Positions 27,328 to 37,575 are shown, numbered from the stretch's first letter. The stretch: DNA of 64,000 nt from an uncultured Acidobacteriaceae bacterium (GCA_964247595.1 CAXTUW010000016.1:614-64613); one strand, 5' to 3'. Notes: a model not told the origin generated them from the letters alone. Translations and numbers: made by a program.

Positions 27328-29231
27328 GGCTCGCTCCAATGAGCGCCTCGGGGCTGGCCGGGAGCCGCTTTGCTCATCGTGCGAGCCCACTGCGCCAGAC
27401 TGCCATAGTCGCTCGCCACACCGGCTTCAGGTGCATAGTCGATGACCGTCATTCCTTCCGCCAGAGCATCGGAGACGTCCTGAGAGCGACGGATAACAAA
27501 GGGTAAAAGCCGGTCGCCCAGCCTTTGCCGCATCACCTCACGCACATCCAGATGGAGTGCGAAAGACGTGTCGAATTGGGTCAAAATGTAATGTGGCTGC
27601 ACCGGCCGGCCCGCGCTGTCGGCCATCTCCGCAAAAAATCGTTCGGTCGAGCTCAAACTTAGGACTGTGTTCATGTCCGGGGTCACTGGCACGAGGACAG
27701 CGGCATCCAATCGCGCGAGTTGCCGCATGGCAGCCACGGCGGTAGGGCTCAGATCGATAACAAGATGCTCGAAGCGATCACGTGCGCTCGAGAGCTGCTC
27801 GAGCAATACGCTCTGCGGCCCATTGCCGGAAGCGTCTGGGCTTTGCAGGTCACAGCTGACCAGCGTGATCGGTGCATCGCTACTGCCGGCCGGAGGGGCA
27901 AAGGTGCGCACGGCACCTGGGCGCAGATCCTTGGCTCCGAAGTAGAACGGCAGGATGCCCTGGGTCGTCACGTCAGCCAGCAGCACACTTCCCCCCATGG
28001 CGGAAAGCGACCGGCCGAGGGAGGCCGTCAGGCTGGTTTTGCCGACACCGCCCGCCAGCGAGAAAACCGCCAGCATTGCCGACCCCACCTCCCGAGTCCG
28101 CGCCTGGATCGGTTCCATGTCGGGCGTGGTGGGATCGAACACCCCGCGCAGCGCGTACCAGCGTGATGCCACACGTTCGCGCGACTGCTGCAGGGTATCG
28201 CCGTGTGCTCCCTGGCTGACCCGGCGCGGTGATGCAATCGGCGATCCGACCCTTGTCTCATTCGCGGCTGCATCCGTAGATTCGTTCTCGATCCATGCGG
28301 GAAACAGTGGTCCGGATGCGGCATCCGCTGCAGGCTCCGCAGCGTTCCCTTGCTCGCCGATCCCTGCTGCCGTTCTGTCGGAGTTGGAGAGGGCCGAACC
28401 CGTCTCTGTATGCGTCTCTGCTGAGTCCTCAGGAGGAGATCCTGGCCGTGCCATTGTTTCTGCACGCAGGAGACGCGTCCGTGCGGCTTGCCCTTGCAGC
28501 GGTCCGAGCGCACTCAGGGGAGTGTCGGTTTTGCTCAGGGACTGCCCCTGCGGGACTACCGCGAGCGGGCTGCGCCGCTGCGGAAAGCGCTGCGGCTGCA
28601 TCTCGCCCTCAAGCCAGGGCTGGGCGCTCCCGGCCCGGGCCGGAGCGTCCCAAACATTCGCCGGGTAGAGAACAGCCCCAGAGGGCACCTGCGCAGGGGC
28701 TAATGAATCTGCTTGCAGGATGACGCCGGTGTAGCGCTGCGCCTGCCGCTCGGCTGAGAGATGGGCCTCGACTGCCTCCTGCGCCGCCCGTCGTGCCGCG
28801 AGAGCTGCGACGTGCTCTGCCAAGGCAAGGCGAGCTGCTTCTAAGCGTTCCTGTGCGGCCAGCCGGCCTAACTCCTCGGCATGTTGCAGGGCCTTTTCCC
28901 GCGCGGTCTGCTCGAAAGCGAGTTCGCCACGATGCTCCCCGGTTGCGCGCCGTATCTGAGCCTGGTGAAATCGTGCTGCCGCGGCGGCCTCCCTGGCGGC
29001 AAGCTCCGTCTCGCTTGCCGCTTTCTCGGCCCGTTCCTTTGCCTCTGCCTGTGTCTCGCGCTCGACCTGGGCTGCGCGTGCCCGCTGTTGCGCCCGGACC
29101 TCACGCCGTGCTGCGGAGAAGTCACGATAGCGGGCCCCTTTAAGATTGGCCCACGCGTACAGGGCTGCCACGTCCTCCGGAACCTCGAGCCGCGACGTCT
29201 CTGTCTCTACCCCCGTCACATGCCCTTTCAT
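27324..29231 (-). CDS. bcsQ: BcsQ/YhjQ ParA-MinD-like ATPase with long N-terminal extension carrying BcsR-like motifs
   Basis: FSLAGGVGKTSL Walker A, DALAEG, directly upstream of bcsA. N-terminal EDVAALYAWANL...YRDFS. Start placed at ATG 29231. Confidence 0.85.
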   Translation of the reverse strand: MKGHVTGVETETSRLEVPEDVAALYAWANLKGARYRDFSAARREVRAQQRARAAQVERETQAEAKERAEKAASETELAAREAAAAARFHQAQIRRATGEHRGELAFEQTAREKALQHAEELGRLAAQERLEAARLALAEHVAALAARRAAQEAVEAHLSAERQAQRYTGVILQADSLAPAQVPSGAVLYPANVWDAPARAGSAQPWLEGEMQPQRFPQRRSPLAVVPQGQSLSKTDTPLSALGPLQGQAARTRLLRAETMARPGSPPEDSAETHTETGSALSNSDRTAAGIGEQGNAAEPAADAASGPLFPAWIENESTDAAANETRVGSPIASPRRVSQGAHGDTLQQSRERVASRWYALRGVFDPTTPDMEPIQARTREVGSAMLAVFSLAGGVGKTSLTASLGRSLSAMGGSVLLADVTTQGILPFYFGAKDLRPGAVRTFAPPAGSSDAPITLVSCDLQSPDASGNGPQSVLLEQLSSARDRFEHLVIDLSPTAVAAMRQLARLDAAVLVPVTPDMNTVLSLSSTERFFAEMADSAGRPVQPHYILTQFDTSFALHLDVREVMRQRLGDRLLPFVIRRSQDVSDALAEGMTVIDYAPEAGVASDYGSLAQWARTMSKAAPGQPRGAHWSEP

Positions 29232-29479
29232 CCGCGCTCCTGCCCCCACTACCAGCCCAGGGTCACAGAAGACGAAAGCTCCCAGTCCTGCTGCCCGATC
29301 TTGCCCAAGGCTACTTGGCAGGCAGTGGAAGAACAATGCAACGGACGTAACAACCCAAAGGCGGAGGAGGCACCGGAGAACCCCTTTGGTAACACCCAAT
29401 TCGTACTTTTTGTCCCGTGAACGGACATCCTCGAACGTGGCATGTGGCCGGAGTTCGCTGTGCTACGCTATCGAAGAGC

Positions 29480-29555
29480 GAGCGGGTAGCTCAGTCGGTA
29501 GAGCATCGCCCTTTTAAGGCGTTGGTCCTGGGTTCGAACCCCAGCCCGCTCACCA
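29480..29555 (+). tRNA. tRNA-Lys (anticodon TTT)
   Basis: Cloverleaf: GAGCGGG/CCCGCTC acceptor, GCTC/GAGC D-arm, CT-TTT-AA anticodon loop, TTCGAAC T-loop, encoded CCA; 76 nt. Confidence 0.97.
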
Positions 29556-29837
29556 AATCAAAACAATAGGCATAACGGGCACTCCGCCGAGTGGTACCGA
29601 TGTCATTCCTGCAAGGAACCGCCAGCACACGAAGTACAGGTCGCTGCCTCGTGCTTCCATCTTTACCCCTCTCTGTAAGGATTCGCTGCCTTCCAGCCAA
29701 GGTTAGAATCTATGACGATCATGGCCCAATGAGCATGATCGAGTAGCCCTTTTAGTTTAGAGTCTGCTACCGGTTCAGGGCAGCTCACCATAAATTCAGC
29801 TCTCAACTAACACCTTTGTCCGGCACCGACCCATCGC

Positions 29838-32465
29838 GTGCTAGGTTCTGTATCCCATGTTTCAGCGCAGGATAGTCCAGTAGCTGGTCAACATGACAGC
29901 AACCATCTTTCTGCAGATGTGGACAGCCCTCCCGTGCAATCTTCCAGGAACGACGAACGCTCGATCGGGACAGCACCTTTCCTTTCGTCAGTTTGGAATA
30001 GGCTCCGCTCGCGTGCGAAGCCTGGGTATTTTTGCCTGTTCCTACTTGCTTTGTTGCCCGCTCTTCTATTAAGCGGCTGCACGGCCAATGAATTAAGAGT
30101 TGCGCCTGCGGCCCAGACCGCCAGGCTGCCCGGATCCGTACACGGCGGGCAGCAGCCGGTCACTGGAGCCACCATCCAGCTCTATGCCGTAGGCACCTCC
30201 GGCGAGGGCTCTGCAGCAACGCCTCTGCTCAAAACTCAGGTGCTGACGAACAGTATCGGTGACTTCGATACCGGGGCCTACACCTGCCCATCGGCGTCAT
30301 CCCAGGTATACCTGACCTCCACGGGCGGCAACCCCGGCCTGGCTTCCGGCACCGCCAATGCGCAGATCGTCGAGATCGTGGCTTTGGGTTCGTGCGAAGC
30401 AACGCTGACTATGGCATTCGTGCAGGTCAACGAAGTAACAACCGTTGCTGCCGTGTATGCACTGGCTCCGTACATGAAATCCTTAGAAGCTATCGGTTCA
30501 GGAGCGGCAGACGCGCCGCAGTTGGCCGAAGCCTTCCTCACAGCAGCTGAACTGGCAGATGCCTCGACCGGACGCAGCCCCGGGACCAATGTACCGGCTG
30601 GCCAAATAGTCCCGAGCGCAAAGGTGAACGCGCTGGCGAACGCGGTCGCAGCCTGCGTGAACTCCGCCGGGGGTAGAGCCGGGGATTCCTCGCCCTGCGG
30701 ATTGCTCTTCGCCTACACTGCAAGTTTTCCTCAGAGCGCTCCCTTAGACACCGCCGGCGCTTTGCTCAGGCTTGCCCAGGCACCGGCAGTCAACGTCCTT
30801 CCCATCTATCTGCTTATCCCGCCGAATGGGCCTTTTCAGCCTGCCTTGTCCTCCGCACCGAGCGACTGGAGTCTGTTCATCACCTCACCAACGCCTTACC
30901 CTGTGTTCTCGCCCGCTCCCGGCTCTTACACGGGTTCGGTAACCGTGACCTTATCGGGTCCGGGCTCGGCAGCCGCACTGCATTACACCCTCGACGGCAG
31001 CACACCTACCTCGCTTTCGGCCCTCTATACGGGCCCAATCACGATCTCGAGCAACACCACCGTGCGGGCCATCGCGGTGTCATCCGGGGTGAGCAGTCTT
31101 ATCGATTCCGGAATGTATCAAGTAACAGCCATGCCGGCACAGCGACTTACATTTACCAATGCGCCAAGCCCGGTTGGCATCGGCAGCAAGGTTCCTGGAA
31201 CACTTCTCATAAGCTCGCCCTCCGCAACCCCGATCAGCGTCGCACTTCTAAGCTCTTCCCCGGCTGTCGTGCAGGTAGCGCCCTCGATGATCGTTGTGCC
31301 TGCCGGTCAAACCTCTGTGCCCTTCACTATCAGTGGAATCGGGCCTGGAACTTCAACGCTGTCCGCAGCGGCTCTAGGCTATGTTGCCGCCAGCACGCCG
31401 ATCACCACTGTGCCCGCCTTGACGACGCTTCGCCAAGTCGCGACACAACGCGGCTTCTTGATGGGCGCGGCGGTCGACGCGAATGAATTCGGGTACTTCG
31501 ATCCGCTCACTGGAGATCCTAAGTATGCCGCTACTCTCGGCACGCAGTACAACATGCTCGAGGGCGAAAATGCCATGAAGTGGATCGTTACGCGGCCCGG
31601 ACAAACCACCTATAACTTCGAGCCCGGCGATCAACTTATCACCTTCGCCCAAGCGCATGGAATGAAGGTACGCGGGCATAACCTGGCTTGGAATCTCTTT
31701 AACCCCAACTGGCTGAACACGCTTGCGGCAACGGCGTCTCCAGCCACCATGTCGCAAATACTGCAACAGCACATCACCACGGAGGTCGGCCATTATCAAG
31801 GAAAGGTGTTTGCCTGGGATGTAGTCAACGAAGCCATCGATGATAACGCCACCGGGGTTGGAACACAGATGAAGAACTCCATCTGGTATAACCAGCCCGG
31901 TATCGGCCTCCCCGGCACGGGTTATGTTGAGCAGGCATTTCGCTGGGCTCACGCTGTCGACCCCGGCGCTCTGTTGTTTTACAACGACTACCTCATCATT
32001 ACGCCCGGTCCAAAGTTTCAGGCCGCGTTGAACATGATGAAGGACTTTGTGCAGCGCGGTGTTCCGATCAACGGCATAGGCCTGCAGGTACACACCGATA
32101 CCAATGGATGGCCTGATTCAGCAGGTCTAGCCCAGGTGATTCAAGCATTCACGCAACTCGGCTTGCAGGTCCACCTCTCGGAGGTTGATGTGGCGATCCC
32201 GGTGAATACACCGACGACCGCCGGCACCTCAACAGCTGCCTATTTACAGGCTCAAGCGGCGACCTACCGGCGCGTTCTAACAGTCTGCCTGCAGAATCCC
32301 GGCTGCACGGCTTTTCAGACTTGGGGTTTTACTGACAATTATTCCTGGGTTCCGGCCAATAATCCTGGCCTTGGAGCAGCGTTGCCCTTCGACCAGAACT
32401 ACAACCCAGTGCCAGCCTTTGACACACTCTTCAACGCGCTTCAAACAGTTGTTCCGGCCCAATAG
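29838..32465 (+). CDS. Multidomain putative lipoprotein with C-terminal GH10 (endo-1,4-beta-xylanase-like) domain
   Basis: LLLSGC lipobox; GSVHGGQQPVTGATIQLYAVG domain; PVFSPAPGSY..LHYTLDGSTPT (chitobiase C-terminal/Fn3-associated); GH10 ENAMKW, RGHNLAW, WDVVNEA, LFYNDY, GIGLQVH, LSEVDV, WGFTD. Start uncertain. Confidence 0.88.
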   Translation: MLGSVSHVSAQDSPVAGQHDSNHLSADVDSPPVQSSRNDERSIGTAPFLSSVWNRLRSRAKPGYFCLFLLALLPALLLSGCTANELRVAPAAQTARLPGSVHGGQQPVTGATIQLYAVGTSGEGSAATPLLKTQVLTNSIGDFDTGAYTCPSASSQVYLTSTGGNPGLASGTANAQIVEIVALGSCEATLTMAFVQVNEVTTVAAVYALAPYMKSLEAIGSGAADAPQLAEAFLTAAELADASTGRSPGTNVPAGQIVPSAKVNALANAVAACVNSAGGRAGDSSPCGLLFAYTASFPQSAPLDTAGALLRLAQAPAVNVLPIYLLIPPNGPFQPALSSAPSDWSLFITSPTPYPVFSPAPGSYTGSVTVTLSGPGSAAALHYTLDGSTPTSLSALYTGPITISSNTTVRAIAVSSGVSSLIDSGMYQVTAMPAQRLTFTNAPSPVGIGSKVPGTLLISSPSATPISVALLSSSPAVVQVAPSMIVVPAGQTSVPFTISGIGPGTSTLSAAALGYVAASTPITTVPALTTLRQVATQRGFLMGAAVDANEFGYFDPLTGDPKYAATLGTQYNMLEGENAMKWIVTRPGQTTYNFEPGDQLITFAQAHGMKVRGHNLAWNLFNPNWLNTLAATASPATMSQILQQHITTEVGHYQGKVFAWDVVNEAIDDNATGVGTQMKNSIWYNQPGIGLPGTGYVEQAFRWAHAVDPGALLFYNDYLIITPGPKFQAALNMMKDFVQRGVPINGIGLQVHTDTNGWPDSAGLAQVIQAFTQLGLQVHLSEVDVAIPVNTPTTAGTSTAAYLQAQAATYRRVLTVCLQNPGCTAFQTWGFTDNYSWVPANNPGLGAALPFDQNYNPVPAFDTLFNALQTVVPAQ

Positions 32466-32611
32466 CATGCATAAGGCAGTAAGCTGACGGCTGACCGCCA
32501 CATACGACATCTGGGTCCGCTTCTTAATTCTCTGTAGTCCAAAAGCGACAGCCGGAAGGTATAGGGCGAATTGTATTGACGGGTCTTGCTATACCGAAGA
32601 CCATACCTTGC

Positions 32612-33705
32612 ATGTCCAGCAGCGATGCCCATCAGGTGCAAGAGTACATCACAAGAGAACTTCCAAAAGAGGCTACGCCCAGCCAGTTCTCGCTCCCCTG
32701 GCACCCGCTACTGGTGGGCATATCGGTATTGAGTCTAGTGTGCTTGCTCGTCATTTTTCGGCACCATCTTCCCTTTACCCTCGACCCTTCGTGCACCAGC
32801 TTCGCTCTATCTCGCCACTCGATCTTATGCTCGCGGTTCTAGCAATCCAGAGCAGTGTTGCTTTGCGGGCGCAAAGGTGGTCGATCCTACTTGCGCCTGT
32901 TCGGAGAGTTTCGGCTGGAAAGTTACTGGTTCCTCAATGGATCGGCTTCGCCGCGGTGGCCATCTTTGGGCGGCTGGCCGACCTGACACGTCCCTATCTC
33001 ATCGCGCGCCGCACCGCGACCCCCATCGCCACGCAGCTCGCCATCTACTCCATCGAGCGCGCATTCGATCTGGCGGCCGCGGCCACCCTATTCTCGGCAA
33101 CTCTAGCTTTGGCTCCGAAGCAGATGGCCCACCATGAGGCGTTCGCACGCGCGGGACTGGTTTCCCTTGCGGGCATGGTACTGCTGGCTGTGATTTCGCT
33201 GGCTGTCCGATTCACCGGAGAACGGCTTGCGCTCTTGTCGGAACGCCTCCTGCAGCCCCTGTCTGAAAAGTTGGCCCAATCCGTGTCGGTCCGCATTCTG
33301 GAGGGCCGGCAAGGCTTCCGTACAGTTGTCTCCTTCAAACAACTGCTTGTAACCATGCTGCTTTCCCTGGTGATTTGGATGGGAATCGCCGTTGGCTTCT
33401 GGGAGTCGGCTCGCTGCTTTCGCGCATCCCCGGAGTTATCGGTAATGAGCTTCGCCGGAATTATGCTTCTCGTGGCCACCAGCCTGGGAGCTTCGCTGCT
33501 GCAGTTGCCGGTCGTGGGCTGGTTTACCCAAATTGCGGTGCTGGCGGCAGCGTTCCACGGCTTCTATGGTGTTCCTCTAGAAACAGCATCGGCCTGTGCT
33601 ACAGTCACACTTTTCGTTATTTCACTCAGTCTTATACCCGGTGGCCTTATTGCCGCGCAAATGCAGGGCATCAACCTGCGTGAGGCCAGTCGCACTCAAA
33701 CCTAA
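32612..33705 (+). pseudogene. Second LPG-synthase TM / UPF0104 flippase-like gene with a frameshift near 32780
   Basis: First TM (LLVGISVLSLVCLLVIFRHHLPF) is in the 32576 frame, while the rest (FVHQLRSI...FGRLADLTRPYL...IERAFD...LPVVGWF) is in the 32608 frame. Could also be a sequencing error. Confidence 0.7.
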
Positions 33706-33727
33706 TCAGTTCTGCACAAGGATCTTG

Positions 33728-34807
33728 TTAGTCTGGCACCCGTCTCGAAGCTAGTCGGCGGTAGAGTGTCACATATTGGTGACCAATGGTTTCGGGGTCG
33801 CACACTTTTTGTAGGCTTTCAAAAAAACGTATGCCGTCCTGACGAATCATGAGCGGATTCGCCAGCCAACGGCGGAGGGCCTGATATAGGGCTTCGGCAT
33901 CACCGAACGGCAACGCGTTGGGGAGGCACAGCTCGCTTGGAAGCGTGTCTCTTGATCCATCCACATCGGTAACCAGGGTCGGGAGCGCTTTCGAAGCTGC
34001 TTCGACAACAGAGTTCGGAAATCCTTCACGCTCGCTGACCAGCACATTGAACGCGTAGTCGCCCATGCGCTCTGGGATGTTATCGGCAAATCCCCGCAAT
34101 CGCACGTTGGACTGTAGCCCGTTCGTGAGAATTAACGTTTCGAGTGAAGTCCGTAGAGGCCCTTCCCCATAGATATCAAGCTCAACATTGATTCCATCCT
34201 GCTTGAGCCGGGCCCAGGCTCGGATAAGACTTTCATGCGCCTTCACCGGTTCCAGGCGACCGACCGATAGAACACGCAACGGTCTGTTCCAAGCTGCGTC
34301 GAGACCAGCGACATCGAACTCATACGGGTTGTAGATCAAGCTCACATCGCGGGCTCTAGTGCACTGTTGGATGTAGCGCACCACCGATGGGCTCACGCCG
34401 GTTGCTGCATTGGGGCTGAACCAGCGAAACCACAATGCCGGAGCGAAGGTGAGATGACCTGTAAAGAGCACGGGAACCCCGGTGAAGGGGCGCAATAAAA
34501 AGGCGAGCACCGCGAGTCTTCTATGGTGAACGTGTAGCAAGTCGCATTGCGTACTCCGCAACCATCGCGCAAACACGAACATAGCGCCGAATAATCCTGG
34601 CCCCTTCGCCATAAGGCCAAAGGTTCGGCTATGGCTTTGCGGAACCAGCTGGGTCTCTTCGACGAGCATCGCTGCATCTTTCAGAGACGCACAACCGGCG
34701 ACGTACACTTCGATATTCTTGAAACTGTCCGTTTGCAGCAATCGCTGGATGACCTTCGTAATGCCGCTGCCGCGATAAAAGTTGTCGTTCAGAATGCAGA
34801 CCCGCAA
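33728..34807 (-). CDS. Glycosyltransferase family 4
   Basis: VGRLEPVKAHESL, IYGEGPLR, SEREGFPNSVVEA (EX7E), TDVDG. Confidence 0.92.
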   Translation of the reverse strand: MRVCILNDNFYRGSGITKVIQRLLQTDSFKNIEVYVAGCASLKDAAMLVEETQLVPQSHSRTFGLMAKGPGLFGAMFVFARWLRSTQCDLLHVHHRRLAVLAFLLRPFTGVPVLFTGHLTFAPALWFRWFSPNAATGVSPSVVRYIQQCTRARDVSLIYNPYEFDVAGLDAAWNRPLRVLSVGRLEPVKAHESLIRAWARLKQDGINVELDIYGEGPLRTSLETLILTNGLQSNVRLRGFADNIPERMGDYAFNVLVSEREGFPNSVVEAASKALPTLVTDVDGSRDTLPSELCLPNALPFGDAEALYQALRRWLANPLMIRQDGIRFFESLQKVCDPETIGHQYVTLYRRLASRRVPD

Positions 34808-34924
34808 GAGACTCCTTCAAGAAGACGAGATCGTGGTGCCCTTCTTGATTGATCTATCATAACGAAGTCATACGACGAAATACTTCTAAGTGGTGACAAG
34901 CTCCGTAACCGAGGATTCATTTCT

Positions 34925-36517
34925 GTGCCAATAACCCTGTCAAAAGTCGTGCTTGCCTGCTGTTTGCTGCCACTGCTGTTTCTTCTATCACCTGTGAGTC
35001 TGGCTTTTCCATCTGCTAAGGAACAACTCCCAGCGGCTGGCTCGCAGTCGGCGGATGTGGACAATGCACATGCAAGCCTTTGCCGAGACAATGCGGGTCG
35101 CGGCCTATTTGAGCCGCAGTGTTTTGTGAGTACGGGCAGCGGCGACAGCCTGATTAGCGAATGGGATGCAGCTTATAACGCGGCCGCCGGCTTTCTTACC
35201 AACCGTAACCTGAATCGCCTGGGTACCGGGGCCACGGTTCGTTGGGATGGGCAGTACAGGATCTGCAACGCACAGCAAGGCATTGTGCTACCGCAAAATG
35301 GCTCAGAACAGGGTGGTCCCGGCATAAATCTGGTCGGCGGCGGTCCTGGGGCGCAGCTATCGTTAAGCTGTCGGATCAATCGCAAAACCCTGCCGCCCGG
35401 CGCCGCGGCCGGCAGTCCTATATCGAACGCCGCGATCTGGATGCCGGTCCAGGCTTCGCCACGCTACACGATGTACAACTGGCACGATTTCACGTTGTAT
35501 GCCAACGGCCAGAGTGCGGGCTGCATGGATATGGCCGGGCTGATCCATGTGTCACAATTTACGAATATCGTGCTGGGAGGAGCCGGCGGAGATGGAACTC
35601 CCATGTCGAACTGCATGCGCTGGGGTAATTCGAAGTATGAGCAAGCTACAGCTAATCAAGTCGAGTTGCACAACATATCCATTACACCCGGCGGGAATGG
35701 AGGCGGATCTGATTTTGTGGCGAGCACTATGGTAAGCGGCGGCATTCCTATTGTTCACGTTATCAATGGGGGTCATGACTATAGTCGCAATGTGTATTTA
35801 TATCTGGTCGGCCCTCCAAGCGTCATTGATCCTCAAACCGGTGTGACGGCACCATGCACCACCATGGGATCCATCAAGGAAACTGTTACCTCGGGCAGCA
35901 TTTCCGCCCCTGTACTGCACGGCTTTTCAGGCTGCAGCACAGGGACAATGGTGCGCGCGTTCGACCCCGTATTCCCCGTGAACTATGGGGTTTGGTTCGA
36001 TTCGTTTACAGACAGTCAATACATTCAGCTCAATCCGCAGACCGGTCGATTGGCTGCTGTCTATGCTGGATCGAGGACCGGTAACAATCATTATCAGGCA
36101 GTGCACACATGCTGTTTCATGCCCACAGGTTTTGTCGAGCTGGGTCAAGGGGATTCATTTGTGGCTTTCTATGCCGATGGAGTCGGGCAACGGGCGATGT
36201 CTTTTGGACGCGGTGCCTCAGCAAGCCTGCAACAGTCAAAATTGTATTGGAATGCCACGGCGAAAATGACCTTCGCGCAAGCAGGCGGCTATTCCTTCGG
36301 TGAAGGGGTAGGACCAGTGACGATTTCGGGTGGGACGTGCAATGTCACAGGGCTGCAGAACAACGGTGGGTACGCGCATATCGTGTCGCAGCTCGGAGCT
36401 AACATCTTCCCGTCAAATCTGGTTCTCGTAGCGGACGCGGATTGCAGTACGAATCAACAGGTCACAAACCTGCATGTATCGCCTTGGAAGGCAATAACCC
36501 ATTCTCATAGGAGATAG
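34925..36517 (+). CDS. Secreted hypothetical protein, possible parallel beta-helix
   Basis: 530-aa ORF with signal peptide; Asn/Gly/Ser-rich alternating beta-strand pattern; no family motif recognised with certainty. Confidence 0.7.
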   Translation: MPITLSKVVLACCLLPLLFLLSPVSLAFPSAKEQLPAAGSQSADVDNAHASLCRDNAGRGLFEPQCFVSTGSGDSLISEWDAAYNAAAGFLTNRNLNRLGTGATVRWDGQYRICNAQQGIVLPQNGSEQGGPGINLVGGGPGAQLSLSCRINRKTLPPGAAAGSPISNAAIWMPVQASPRYTMYNWHDFTLYANGQSAGCMDMAGLIHVSQFTNIVLGGAGGDGTPMSNCMRWGNSKYEQATANQVELHNISITPGGNGGGSDFVASTMVSGGIPIVHVINGGHDYSRNVYLYLVGPPSVIDPQTGVTAPCTTMGSIKETVTSGSISAPVLHGFSGCSTGTMVRAFDPVFPVNYGVWFDSFTDSQYIQLNPQTGRLAAVYAGSRTGNNHYQAVHTCCFMPTGFVELGQGDSFVAFYADGVGQRAMSFGRGASASLQQSKLYWNATAKMTFAQAGGYSFGEGVGPVTISGGTCNVTGLQNNGGYAHIVSQLGANIFPSNLVLVADADCSTNQQVTNLHVSPWKAITHSHRR

Positions 36518-36587
36518 TTTTCTTTCCTTATCGAGAAGTGGCTATCGACTGCGTGCGGTCTCGCGGGAGAAGTGAAATCATCAGCCT

Positions 36588-37574
36588 TTAGAACAGTTTT
36601 GAGATGTAACTTCCATTTCGATCAGAATTTGTATATGCTTTTCTCGTAACGTTTCTGAGCAAAGGTCTCAATTGCAACAAACTCATTAGGAAGAAGAACC
36701 ATGAAGTCGCTGTGGGCGTTCCTATGACGCGGAACTCACGCAGCAGCGTTCGCAGCATGGGTAGTGAGAAACCCTCCTCTGCCCTCGCTCGATCTAAAAT
36801 GTAGATTGCTACAAAGAAGGAGTAGGTCTCCCGACTGAAATCCGCTCGTCTCCTTTGCAGCCATTCAAGACTCGACGTCCAACGTGTCCGCGCGCTGATG
36901 CTGCCGGCGGGGTTATGTACCTGATATTGAACAAGAGCCTCCTGCACAGCAACGAGGCGCACTCCACCTGCTTCCAGATCCAGAAGCCAATCCCAGTCCT
37001 GGTGCTGCCGCAAATGGTGATTCATGGGTATTTCCAGCATCAATTTTGTTGGAAGAAACATGCAGGAAGTTTGTAAGAACGGACGTCGTGCTGGCCAGTT
37101 TCTGGCAAACAGGTAATCGGACCAGCGCTCACCCGGTTTAGGAAAGCGTCTCGGCCATTTCTCGCGTCGGCCTTCCCACTCGACAAGCGCTGACGAAATG
37201 ATGACGAATCGATTGTCAAGCTGCCTGCTTGCGAGACTAAGGTCGGAAACAAGCTTCGTGGGTAGAAACAGATCGTCATCGTCCAGCAAAGCAATATATT
37301 GTCCCCTTGCCTGCGAGGCACCGAAATTTCTTGCCGCCGAAGCACCTTGGGGAGGGTTCTGCGTCAATACTCGAATTCTCGTGTCCGACAGTTCTAAGAT
37401 GGCCGCCTTGGTCACCTCATCCACACCGTCCTGTACAACGATGATTTCCAGTGCCGCAATGGCCTGCCTTTGAACGCTTTCTATAGCGGCGAACACAGAA
37501 GGACGGCCCGTCGTTGGGATAATGACACTGACCGCAGTAATCTGTTTTTGGCCCAAAGTCTTGCCCCTGCTCAT
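36588..37574 (-). CDS. Glycosyltransferase family 2
   Basis: VSVIIPTTGR, IIVVQDG, GASAARNFG, IALLDDDD, HQDWDW; start placed at ATG 37574. Confidence 0.92.
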   Translation of the reverse strand: MSRGKTLGQKQITAVSVIIPTTGRPSVFAAIESVQRQAIAALEIIVVQDGVDEVTKAAILELSDTRIRVLTQNPPQGASAARNFGASQARGQYIALLDDDDLFLPTKLVSDLSLASRQLDNRFVIISSALVEWEGRREKWPRRFPKPGERWSDYLFARNWPARRPFLQTSCMFLPTKLMLEIPMNHHLRQHQDWDWLLDLEAGGVRLVAVQEALVQYQVHNPAGSISARTRWTSSLEWLQRRRADFSRETYSFFVAIYILDRARAEEGFSLPMLRTLLREFRVIGTPTATSWFFFLMSLLQLRPLLRNVTRKAYTNSDRNGSYISKLF

Positions 37575-37575
37575 A

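Noticed and set aside
29232-29399. Hydrophobic N-terminal extension of the bcsQ ORF
   Set aside because: Looks signal-like, but BcsQ is cytoplasmic; likely an ORF-caller overrun, though not excluded.
29783-29790. GCTCACCA matching the tRNA-Lys 3' end (possible att site)
   Set aside because: Only 8 nt, expected by chance, and no integrase nearby.
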